Source: Eledone cirrhosa
Lineage: Eukaryota
Direction: 5' to 3'
Length of the DNA: 64,000 nt
NCBI GenBank assembly: GCA_964016885.1
Contig: OZ024751.1
Coordinates: forward strand, 35,154,001 to 35,218,000
The translations under genes were made by a program, and so were the position numbers. The notes under the pieces were generated by a model. It was not told the origin of the DNA. It ran no database searches and worked only from the letters and a program-made list of their open reading frames with translations. Below, piece by piece: positions 1 through 11,549 of this stretch; the first letter of the stretch is position 1; the number at the start of each line of letters is the position of its first letter.

Positions 1-619
1 ATTGATGCGAGTCCCTAGCATTGTATCTGTAAGTACATTATGACTATTTTCTCTTGGTGGACTTGACATTCAAAGATATTTGTATATATTTTGTTGATGT
101 TGTTTGTTAGTTAGGAAATTGCTTAAAAGCTACTTTGATCACAGCACTTTGTAAAGGCAACATATGTTTAAGATTCTTTTTTTCTTTTATTTTTGTTATT
201 CAGATGACAGAGAAGGCAAAGAAAGGCACAGAAGAAAAGAACAATGACGATTATTATTATTATTATTACTATTATTATTTGTTTTATTATAATCAAAATA
301 TGCTGTTAGTTTGCCTGCTATCCCACTACGTGCCTGCTATCGCACTCGATCTTTTGTGTACGTTTTATATAATTTATGCCAGTTCCGTTTCTGCATATCG
401 AACATGGCCATTTCCCTGACGGAATAGAGTTTTGTCCTCTTTTCTACTCATCAACACTCATTCGTGACACAAAGTACAGCGGCATCATTGCGGACAGACT
501 TAATCCCGATTTGCACTGACACACTGCCTTGCAGTACGGAACAGCGCACGTCGTCGAGCAGCCTCCTTGCATGCTAAGTACACCTGACATCTAGCTTCTC
601 TCTTAGCGGCTGTATATTC

Positions 620-1240
620 TTCTCTACTCGCACTAATTTTGCAAGCATTCCATGCTAGTCTTTAGTCTCCAATGGCCCGATCTACCGTGCTGTCCCACCA
701 CCATGTCACTCTCTGTCTGGTTGGAACTCTGATCCAGCCACAAGTTTCATCAGTAACCTGCAGTAAGGTATCGGATAAGAAATTCCAGTTATCATCTATG
801 TTGTACGACTCTAAATCGTCTTCTTTTTCATCATACACATATTGAAGGGCTTTCCTAAATTTGTATTTTAGTGAGAGCTCTTTTAGCTTCCAGACCTTTC
901 TTTTTTCCACACCTTCCTGTATGTCTCATTCAGTCTCTTGCTTGGGGTACATTCTTCCCCGGGGTATGCCTTTGTATTTGACACCATCTGCCTGTCCCGC
1001 TGCCTCACTAGCAAGAAGTCAATCTGGCTTATGTGCTTGCCTGATTTGTAGGTTATTAGGTGGTTGGCAGATTTGTGTAAGTTAGTGTTGTAGATGGTTA
1101 GTGCAATTGCATCGCAAAATTCAAGAAGTTTCACTGCTTCATTTCTTAAGCCGTAAGTGTGCCCAACACGTACCTCGGTGTAACCATCGTAGAGCTGTCC
1201 AACATGACCATTGAAATCCCCTGCTAGCATAACGATGTCT
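620..1240 (-). mobile_element. Decayed RTE-clade LINE, AP-endonuclease C-terminus/linker fragment (copies ~4248-4867, ~7875-8494)
   Basis: Translations AGDFNGHVG, ITYKSG..SQIDFLLV and TWWWD..V are typical of RTE ORFs; frameshifted. Confidence 0.88.
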
Positions 1241-1327
1241 CCGTCCTGTCATTGTGGCTGTTTGTAAAAATTGCTTGTAAATGCAGAATTTCTTTTCTTT
1301 ACCTAGCAGCAGTTTCTTGCTCTCAAT

Positions 1328-1380
1328 TAACCCTAAAACTAGCCGTAACGCTAACAGTAACACTAACCGTAACACTAACT
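1328..1380. repeat. Degenerate (TAACCC)n-like hexamer tract within the tandem unit
   Basis: TAACCC TAAAAC TAGCCG TAACGC TAACAG TAACAC TAACCG TAACAC TAACT, a 6-nt period. Confidence 0.6.
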
Positions 1381-1744
1381 TATGCAGGCCTAGGTAAAGA
1401 CGAGAAAGATAAAACAAGGAGTGATGCTATTTGAATTTTGTGATGCAAGTGTTTTAACCATTTGCAAAACCAACTTCCGCAAACCTGCCAACTGCCTAAT
1501 AACCTACGAATTAGGCAAGCACAGAAGCCGGATTTCTCGGTAGTTAGGCAGCGAGACAGACAGATGGTGTGAAGTAGCAGGGTGTGCCCCGGGGAGGACT
1601 GTTTCCCACAGCGTGGGTTGGTTGTTGGTGATGTCTCGGTGATCCTGAGACGGAGTGAGAAGTGTAGGTAAATAGATAGACTGATGCACAGATATCTGGA
1701 TAGATTGATAGAGAGATAGATATATAGAGAGCATCATTATCATC

Positions 1745-2200
1745 GTCTGTTCATCATTTTACGTCCGCTTTTCCCTGCTTGAAAGGGTGGGACAGGTCCT
1801 CTTGAGCAAAGCATCTCTTCACTTGTCACAGTCCTTCGTCATCTCCTTGGTGAGTTTCAGCGATCTGAAGTCGGCTCTCACCACCTCCACCCATGTTTTT
1901 CGTGGTCTTCCTCTACTGCGTCTCCCTTCTTTACCCAGCGCTCAACCTCCATGCGCATCACATGCCCATACCATCTCAGTCCTCTCTTGCACACCACAAC
2001 TTATCCCTCTTAAACACAGTTTCTCTCTCAACTCGTTTATGCTTGGTCGTTCCCGCACATTGACATTGCACATCCAACGGAGCGTGCTTGCTTCATTTCT
2101 CTCCAGCCATCGCATACCCTCTGCAGTTGCTGTCCATGTCTCACTACCATGCAGGGTCGCACATCTCGCATAGGCATCATGTAACCACACTTTCGTACGC
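1745..2200 (-). mobile_element. RTE LINE C-terminus and 3' end (copies ~5372-5827, ~8999-9420)
   Basis: LHGSETW...LERNEASTLRWMCNV...ELREKL motif; short (ATG/TGA)-type tail at the 3' end. Confidence 0.88.
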
Positions 2201-2276
2201 ATATATATATTTGTATATATGTATATATATATATATATATATGTGTGTATGTATATATATATATGTATGTATATAT

Positions 2277-2435
2277 TTGTCCTGGGTATGACATTAAACT
2301 ACATCCAGTGGCAAGGCTCAAGTTCAGGAGGAACTGTGGGGAACGTGGAGTTACCCCCTTAGTTGTCATAACTCCCAGGTCTGCTCTGGCCTGGTGTAGT
2401 AGTACCTGTTGGGGCCCCATTTATAGGTTAAATAA
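2277..2435 (+). mobile_element. Short interspersed non-autonomous repeat next to a TA microsatellite (copies ~5904-6062 and 14702-14862)
   Basis: TGTCCTGGGTATGACATTAAACTACATCCAGT...ACTCCCAGGTCTGCTCTGGC recurs at an unrelated site (14702). Class and strand are uncertain. Confidence 0.7.
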
Positions 2436-2439
2436 TAAG

Positions 2440-2930
2440 ATGACAGATCGGCGTACCCTATCAAAGGCCTTCTCTAGGTCAACAAAGGCAAAGTATAGTG
2501 GCTTATTTTTCTCTAAGAACCTCTCTTGTAATTGTCTCATCAAGAAGAGGGCATCTGTTGTACTATTCCCAGGCACAAAACCAAACTGCATCTCATCTAG
2601 TTTGACCCTTTCTCTAATTAGTTGTGCTAATATCCTTTCTGCCACTTTCATAACCTGATCCATCAGTTTTATATCCCTATAATTTCTCCTCTCAAGAGCG
2701 TCCCCTTTACTTTTGCACTAGTCTTTGGGTATGACACTGCCATATATAGCCTGATTGATGATGTGTGCAACCAGTTTAGTGCCTACGTCCCCTGAGGCCT
2801 TCAGCATCTCAGCAACTATCTCCGATGGTCCAGCAGCCTCACCATTTTTCATTTCCTTAATCGCCTCTTGGACCCTATATTCGTCAATCTCAATAGCTGG
2901 TCCCTCTGTCTGATCTACTGAGGGTAATTT
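2440..2930 (-). mobile_element. RTE LINE reverse-transcriptase N-terminal fragment (copy ~6067-6557)
   Basis: AAGPSEIVAEMLK, YRDIKLMDQVMKV, QFGFVPG.STTDA and FAFVDLEKAFDRV are non-LTR RT motifs. Confidence 0.92.
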
Positions 2931-5900
2931 CTCTCTCTCCCATATATATATATATATCTTGAAAGATTTGTAAATGTCTGAGAGATTGGCTAAATGTTTT
3001 ACAGTGTACTGTGCCACTAAACTGCACCATACTAAATTACACTGCACTGCACTGCACTGCACTGTTCACGCTAACGCTAGTGTTTTGTGTTTTGCAGGTA
3101 TGACCAGTAAGAGCGAGGAAGTTATTTCAAAGGATTTTCGTAATTAAACACTTTTTTTACCATTATTTTAAGGTATTATCTCGGTTTTTTTTTTTTTTTT
3201 TTTTTTTTTTAAATGGACCTCTTGATAAGACGAAATGACCTGTATAATTTTTTTTTCATATTTAGATGGAATAGAAGAAAAAGAAGAGAAATGAAAGCAA
3301 TGAAATTAAGTTTTAGAGAAAATATACGCCAACGACAATGGAGGTATGATTTCAGTTTAATCTTAACCTAATGACCACTTTACAGAGTGTACTGGGTGTT
3401 TTACCTCGCTATGTTTACTGTAAACCCTAGATAACGAATGCCTTGTTGAGTGTTGTGAATTGTGAACATGAGGTTGTGTTGTGGGGTTGCTTGGTGAGGT
3501 TGCATAAGAAGGGTGTTGTGAGTTTGCATTATGATGTAGCTTTGTGAGGCTTTGTTGTGAATTGATAAATATTTGAAAACACACCTCTGTCCCCTCAACA
3601 GTCAGTCAGTCATTTTCTACTAAAACTCATTGATGCGAGTCCCTAGCATTGTATCTGTAAGTACATTATGACTATTTTCTCTTGGTGGACTTGACATTCA
3701 AAGATATTTGTATATATTTTGTTGATGTTGTTTGTTAGTTAGGAAATTGCTTAAAAGCTACTTTGATCACAGCACTTTGTAAAGGCAACATATGTTTAAG
3801 ATTCTTTTTTTCTTTTATTTTTGTTATTCAGATGACAGAGAAGGCAAAGAAAGGCACAGAAGAAAAGAACAATGACGATTATTATTATTATTATTACTAT
3901 TATTATTTGTTTTATTATAATCAAAATATGCTGTTAGTTTGCCTGCTATCCCACTACGTGCCTGCTATCGCACTCGATCTTTTGTGTACGTTTTATATAA
4001 TTTATGCCAGTTCCGTTTCTGCATATCGAACATGGCCATTTCCCTGACGGAATAGAGTTTTGTCCTCTTTTCTACTCATCAACACTCATTCGTGACACAA
4101 AGTACAGCGGCATCATTGCGGACAGACTTAATCCCGATTTGCACTGACACACTGCCTTGCAGTACGGAACAGCGCACGTCGTCGAGCAGCCTCCTTGCAT
4201 GCTAAGTACACCTGACATCTAGCTTCTCTCTTAGCGGCTGTATATTCTTCTCTACTCGCACTAATTTTGCAAGCATTCCATGCTAGTCTTTAGTCTCCAA
4301 TGGCCCGATCTACCGTGCTGTCCCACCACCATGTCACTCTCTGTCTGGTTGGAACTCTGATCCAGCCACAAGTTTCATCAGTAACCTGCAGTAAGGTATC
4401 GGATAAGAAATTCCAGTTATCATCTATGTTGTACGACTCTAAATCGTCTTCTTTTTCATCATACACATATTGAAGGGCTTTCCTAAATTTGTATTTTAGT
4501 GAGAGCTCTTTTAGCTTCCAGACCTTTCTTTTTTCCACACCTTCCTGTATGTTCATTCAGTCTCTTGCTTGGGGTACATTCTTCCCCGGGGTATGCCTTT
4601 GTATTTGACACCATCTGCCTGTCCCGCTGCCTCACTAGCAAGAAGTCAATCTGGCTTATGTGCTTGCCTGATTTGTAGGTTATTAGGTGGTTGGCAGATT
4701 TGTGTAAGTTAGTGTTGTAGATGGTTAGTGCAATTGCATCGCAAAATTCAAGAAGTTTCACTGCTTCATTTCTTAAGCCGTAAGTGTGCCCAACACGTAC
4801 CTCGGTGTAACCATCGTAGAGCTGTCCAACATGACCATTGAAATCCCCTGCTAGCATAACGATGTCTCCGTCCTGTCATTGTGGCTGTTTGTAAAAATTG
4901 CTTGTAAATGCAGAATTTCTTTTCTTTACCTAGCAGCAGTTTCTTGCTCTCAATTAACCCTAAAACTAGCCGTAACGCTAACAGTAACACTAACCGTAAC
5001 ACTAACTTATGCAGGCCTAGGTAAAGACGAGAAAGATAAAACAAGGAGTGATGCTATTTGAATTTTGTGATGCAAGTGTTTTAACCATTTGCAAAACCAA
5101 CTTCCGCAAACCTGCCAACTGCCTAATAACCTACGAATTAGGCAAGCACAGAAGCCGGATTTCTCGGTAGTTAGGCAGCGAGACAGACAGATGGTGTGAA
5201 GTACCAGGGTGTGCCCCGGGGAGGACTGTTTCCCACAGCGTGGGTTGGTTGTTGGTGATGTCTCGGTGATCCTGAGACGGAGTGAGAAGTGTAGGTAAAT
5301 AGATAGACTGATGCACAGATATCTGGATAGATTGATAGAGAGATAGATATATAGAGAGCATCATTATCATCGTCTGTTCATCATTTTACGTCCGCTTTTC
5401 CCTGCTTGAAAGGGTGGGACAGGTCCTCTTGAGCAAAGCATCTCTTCACTTGTCACGGTCCTTCGTCATCTCCTTGGTGAGTTTCAGCGATCTGAAGTCG
5501 GCTCTCACCACCTCCACCCATGTTTTTCGTGGTCTTCCTCTACTGCGTCTCCCTTCTTTACCCAGCGCTCAACCTCCATGCGCATCACATGCCCATACCA
5601 TCTCAGTCCTCTCTTGCACACCACAACTTATCCCTCTTAAACACAGTTTCTCTCTCAACTCGTTTATGCTTGGTCGTTCCCGCACATTGACATTGCACAT
5701 CCAACGGAGCGTGCTTGCTTCATTTCTCTCCAGCCATCGCATACCCTCTGCAGTTGCTGTCCATGTCTCACTACCATGCAGGGTCGCACATCTCGCATAG
5801 GCATCATGTAACCACACTTTCGTACGCATATATATATTTGTATATATGTATATATATATATATATATATGTGTGTATGTATATATATATATGTATGTATA

Positions 5901-8900
5901 TATTTGTCCTGGGTATGACATTAAACTACATCCAGTGGCAAGGCTCAAGTTCAGGAGGAACTGTGGGGAACGTGGAGTTACCCCCTTAGTTGTCATAACT
6001 CCCAGGTCTGCTCTGGCCTGGTGTAGTAGTACCTGTTGGGGCCCCATTTATAGGTTAAATAATAAGATGACAGATCGGCGTACCCTATCAAAGGCCTTCT
6101 CTAGGTCAACAAAGGCAAAGTATAGTGGCTTATTTTTCTCTAAGAACCTCTCTTGTAATTGTCTCATCAAGAAGAGGGCATCTGTTGTACTATTCCCAGG
6201 CACAAAACCAAACTGCATCTCATCTAGTTTGACCCTTTCTCTAATTAGTTGTGCTAATATCCTTTCTGCCACTTTCATAACCTGATCCATCAGTTTTATA
6301 TCCCTATAATTTCTCCTCTCAAGAGCGTCCCCTTTACTTTTGCACTAGTCTTTGGGTATGACACTGCCATATATAGCCTGATTGATGATGTGTGCAACCA
6401 GTTTAGTGCCTACGTCCCCTGAGGCCTTCAGCATCTCAGCAACTATCTCCGATGGTCCAGCAGCCTCACCATTTTTCATTTCCTTAATCGCCTCTTGGAC
6501 CCTATATTCGTCAATCTCAATAGCTGGTCCCTCTGTCTGATCTACTGAGGGTAATTTCTCTCTCTCCCATATATATATATATATCTTGAAAGATTTGTAA
6601 ATGTCTGAGAGATTGGCTAAATGTTTTACAGTGTACTGTGCCACTAAACTGCACCATACTAAATTACACTGCACTGCACTGCACTGCACTGTTCACGCTA
6701 ACGCTAGTGTTTTGTGTTTTGCAGGTATGACCAGTAAGAGCGAGGAAGTTATTTCAAAGGATTTTCGTAATTAAACACTTTTTTTACCATTATTTTAAGG
6801 TATTATCTCGGTTTTTTTTTTTTTTTTTTTTTTTTTTAAATGGACCTCTTGATAAGACGAAATGACCTGTATAATTTTTTTTTCATATTTAGATGGAATA
6901 GAAGAAAAAGAAGAGAAATGAAAGCAATGAAATTAAGTTTTAGAGAAAATATACGCCAACGACAATGGAGGTATGATTTCAGTTTAATCTTAACCTAATG
7001 ACCACTTTACAGAGTGTACTGGGTGTTTTACCTCGCTATGTTTACTGTAAACCCTAGATAACGAATGCCTTGTTGAGTGTTGTGAATTGTGAACATGAGG
7101 TTGTGTTGTGGGGTTGCTTGGTGAGGTTGCATAAGAAGGGTGTTGTGAGTTTGCATTATGATGTAGCTTTGTGAGGCTTTGTTGTGAATTGATAAATATT
7201 TGAAAACACACCTCTGTCCCCTCAACAGTCAGTCAGTCATTTTCTACTAAAACTCATTGATGCGAGTCCCTAGCATTGTATCTGTAAGTACATTATGACT
7301 ATTTTCTCTTGGTGGACTTGACATTCAAAGATATTTGTATATATTTTGTTGATGTTGTTTGTTAGTTAGGAAATTGCTTAAAAGCTACTTTGATCACAGC
7401 ACTTTGTAAAGGCAACATATGTTTAAGATTCTTTTTTTCTTTTATTTTTGTTATTCAGATGACAGAGAAGGCAAAGAAAGGCACAGAAGAAAAGAACAAT
7501 GACGATTATTATTATTATTATTACTATTATTATTTGTTTTATTATAATCAAAATATGCTGTTAGTTTGCCTGCTATCCCACTACGTGCCTGCTATCGCAC
7601 TCGATCTTTTGTGTACGTTTTATATAATTTATGCCAGTTCCGTTTCTGCATATCGAACATGGCCATTTCCCTGACGGAATAGAGTTTTGTCCTCTTTTCT
7701 ACTCATCAACACTCATTCGTGACACAAAGTACAGCGGCATCATTGCGGACAGACTTAATCCCGATTTGCACTGACACACTGCCTTGCAGTACGGAACAGC
7801 GCACGTCGTCGAGCAGCCTCCTTGCATGCTAAGTACACCTGACATCTAGCTTCTCTCTTAGCGGCTGTATATTCTTCTCTACTCGCACTAATTTTGCAAG
7901 CATTCCATGCTAGTCTTTAGTCTCCAATGGCCCGATCTACCGTGCTGTCCCACCACCATGTCACTCTCTGTCTGGTTGGAACTCTGATCCAGCCACAAGT
8001 TTCATCAGTAACCTGCAGTAAGGTATCGGATAAGAAATTCCAGTTATCATCTATGTTGTACGACTCTAAATCGTCTTCTTTTTCATCATACACATATTGA
8101 AGGGCTTTCCTAAATTTGTATTTTAGTGAGAGCTCTTTTAGCTTCCAGACCTTTCTTTTTTCCACACCTTCCTGTATGTTCATTCAGTCTCTTGCTTGGG
8201 GTACATTCTTCCCCGGGGTATGCCTTTGTATTTGACACCATCTGCCTGTCCCGCTGCCTCACTAGCAAGAAGTCAATCTGGCTTATGTGCTTGCCTGATT
8301 TGTAGGTTATTAGGTGGTTGGCAGATTTGTGTAAGTTAGTGTTGTAGATGGTTAGTGCAATTGCATCGCAAAATTCAAGAAGTTTCACTGCTTCATTTCT
8401 TAAGCCGTAAGTGTGCCCAACACGTACCTCGGTGTAACCATCGTAGAGCTGTCCAACATGACCATTGAAATCCCCTGCTAGCATAACGATGTCTCCGTCC
8501 TGTCATTGTGGCTGTTTGTAAAAATTGCTTGTAAATGCAGAATTTCTTTTCTTTACCTAGCAGCAGTTTCTTGCTCTCAATTAACCCTAAAACTAGCCGT
8601 AACGCTAACAGTAACACTAACCGTAACACTAACTTATGCAGGCCTAGGTAAAGACGAGAAAGATAAAACAAGGAGTGATGCTATTTGAATTTTGTGATGC
8701 AAGTGTTTTAACCATTTGCAAAACCAACTTCCGCAAACCTGCCAACTGCCTAATAACCTACGAATTAGGCAAGCACAGAAGCCGGATTTCTCGGTAGTTA
8801 GGCAGCGAGACAGACAGATGGTGTGAAGTACCAGGGTGTGCCCCGGGGAGGACTGTTTCCCACAGCGTGGGTTGGTTGTTGGTGATGTCTCGGTGATCCT

Positions 8901-9470
8901 GAGACGGAGTGAGAAGTGTAGGTAAATAGATAGACTGATGCACAGATATCTGGATAGATTGATAGAGAGATAGATATATAGAGAGCATCATTATCATCGT
9001 CTGTTCATCATTTTACGTCCGCTTTTCCCTGCTTGAAAGGGTGGGACAGGTCCTCTTGAGCAAAGCATCTCTTCACTTGTCACGGTCCTTCGTCATCTCC
9101 TTGGTGAGTTTCAGCGATCTGAAGTCGGCTCTCACCACCTCCACCCATGTTTTTCGTGGTCTTCCTCTACTGCGTCTCCCTTCTTTACCCAGCGCTCAAC
9201 CTCCATGCGCATCACATGTCCATACCATCTCAGTCCTCTCTTGCACACCACAACTTATCCCTCTTAAACACAGTTTCTCTCTCAACTCGTTTATGCTTGG
9301 TCGTTCCCGCACATTGACATTGCACATCCAACGGAGCGTGCTTGCTTCATTTCTCTCCAGCCATCGCATACCCTCTGCAGTTGCTGTCCATGTCTCACTA
9401 CCATGCAGCGTCGCGCATCTCACTTGTGTGTGTGTGTGTGTATATATATATATGTACATACATATATATT

Positions 9471-10073
9471 ATGTCAGGTCACCAGTTGGTGCTACTGGTA
9501 ACATGTATCCCAGTACAACCTGTCTCATGGTCGGGTCGTTGGCGACTAAACTGGCAACCCCACTAAGGTTTCTTGGTGAGGAGGGTGACTTTGGACATCC
9601 TGCAGGACTAAAAACAAAACCTGTCAAAGGGCAAAGGAGCTCTTAAGAGTCAATGGCCATCCAAAATCACCGGGAGAGATGACCCCTTAGCCTGTGTCAA
9701 GGCAGAATTCTAGAAGGAAAACTCTGATATAACACCTGCAACCCTGATGGTATCCAATGATGTTGACTTGTTTTGCTTTTTGGTAAATATCATCTTGGTT
9801 AAGAGAGTGGGACTGGCTTTGTGCAGTGCCTTTGCTCACTATAAAAGCTTCACAGCACAGGCATTGCTTTATATCTGGAGATCTCTCTGCACTCGTCGTC
9901 ACATGGTACGATTGGCCCAGCACTGTCAATAATTGTCACAAGTGTAGTGTTTGTACCAGAGTTTTCAAGTCACTGGCTGGACTAAAACGTCACACTCGTT
10001 CAGCCCATCGGTAGGGGTTCTCCTACATGGATATAAAGTAGGGGCCGTACTCGAAAAAGAGTTGGCAACCACC
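9471..10073 (+). mobile_element. Internally deleted RTE-like retroposon (5' UTR-like part joined to a 3' end with a C2H2 finger), between TA microsatellites
   Basis: HKCSVCTRVFKSLAGLKRHTRSAHR* matches the terminal C2H2 finger seen in some RTE ORFs. The 5' part has GTCG-loop-CGACTAA resembling RTE 5' ends. Confidence 0.55.
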
Positions 10074-10199
10074 ATATATATGTATATATGTATATATTTA
10101 TATGTATGTATATATGCATATATTTGTATGTATGTATATATATATATATATATATATGTATGTTTCTGGCTTTCTCTTATTTTCACTCACTCCTCCGCT

Positions 10200-11050
10200 A
10201 GCTCACTTCCTTCCTCGTCCGTAACTGTCTCTTCTCTTGCTCACACTTCTACAGTGAATGTGTCTTTTTTTCTTATCAAACCCGCCAGAACTTGTGTTCG
10301 AAATCAATTGTTCACTCGTTTTTTTTTTTTTTTTTTTTTTTTTCCTTTCTTTTTGTTGCTTCAGCCTTTGTGTCTGTTTATATTTTTCTCTCTCTCTCCC
10401 CTCTTTTTTATCCCAATAACTTATTTTAGTTATTGTTCGGCCTAGGTTGAGGCATCTTGTCTCTAACGCGAAGAAATGCCTATGATTCCTAGCAGACAAC
10501 TGACGATGGATATTGCCCTCTTTTGCCCGTAACTTTTATTTTGATTATATTTCAATGCAACCACACAGCTTGCCATTTTATTCACATAGTTTTCTTCTCA
10601 GTTGTGACCCATCTCTCTTCTATCCCCTTGTTGCTATGCTCTCTCTCCCCCTTCTCCCTCTTCTGCTAGTCACCTTCTCTCGGCTAACCTGCCACTTCTA
10701 AAGCAGTCTCTTCTCTCACTCACACTGCTACAGTGAAGACATGCATTTTTTTTTCTCGTTAAACCCACCAGAACTTATGTTCAAAATGAGTTGTTGACTT
10801 GATTTTTCCTCTTTTCGTTTCTTCACCCTTCATGTGTGTATCCATTTTTCTCTCTCCCCCTTTTTTTATTCCAATAACTTATTTTAGTTATTGTTCGCCC
10901 TAGGTTGAGGCATCTTGTCTCTAACGCGAAGAAATGCCTATGATTCCTAGCAGACAACTGACGATGGATATTGCCCTCTTTTGCCCATAACTTTTCTTTT
11001 CATTATACTTAAATGCAACCACACAGCTTGCCATTTTATTCATAGTTTCC
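10200..11050. repeat. Diverged direct duplication, period ~458-480 bp
   Basis: 10441-10528 is identical to 10899-10986, while flanks align with many substitutions. Confidence 0.9.
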
Positions 11051-11084
11051 TTCTCCGCTGAGTTTTGTCCTCTTTTCTACTCAT

Positions 11085-11330
11085 CAACAATTTTGTCTTA
11101 GCTATGTTCACTCTCAGTCCTCTTAATTCCAACTCTGTTTTCATAGCCAGAATTTATTCTCAAGCTCTTCTACTGATTTTATCATCAGCATAGATAAGTT
11201 TCTGTAAACAGGATGTATTCCTACTTGTATCTGGAATTTGTCACTAAACTCCATTCCTACCCTCACTTTACTGACAGCACCTCTGTACAAAGCTTGCAAT
11301 GTCCTCACAAGCCATTCATCAACACCTACA
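11085..11330 (-). mobile_element. RTE LINE RT fragment
   Basis: GVDEWLVRTLQALYRGAVSKVRVG..FS..F.IQVGIH, plus a YADD-like motif (rc of TCATCAGCATAG at ~11183). Confidence 0.8.
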
Positions 11331-11410
11331 CCGAAAAACAACCCAAACCAAACCGTGTGTTCTGTTATTATTTCTTGCAATATTTATAACAATATGACTC
11401 TCCCCTGTTA

Positions 11411-11441
<31 letters not shown>

Positions 11442-11549
11442 CGTCATACAAATATGTATCGCAGCATTATCAATAAAGGACTTTAACATCTGAAAGTATT
11501 TCGCATTTTATCATTATATATATATGCACACATACACCGAGAGAGACGA

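Larger units (their letters stand above)
1..9420. repeat. Tandem array of ~3627-bp units (starts 1, 3629, 7256; third unit truncated at ~9420; array probably continues left of the window)
   Basis: ATTGATGCGAGTCCC recurs at 1, 3629 and 7256. The ORF track repeats with period 3627-3628. Only a handful of differences are visible between units. Confidence 0.97.

Noticed and set aside
135-419. 94-aa ORF repeated in each tandem unit
   Set aside because: TTG start, spans an intron-like tract and a (TAT)n repeat; recurrence is only due to the duplication.
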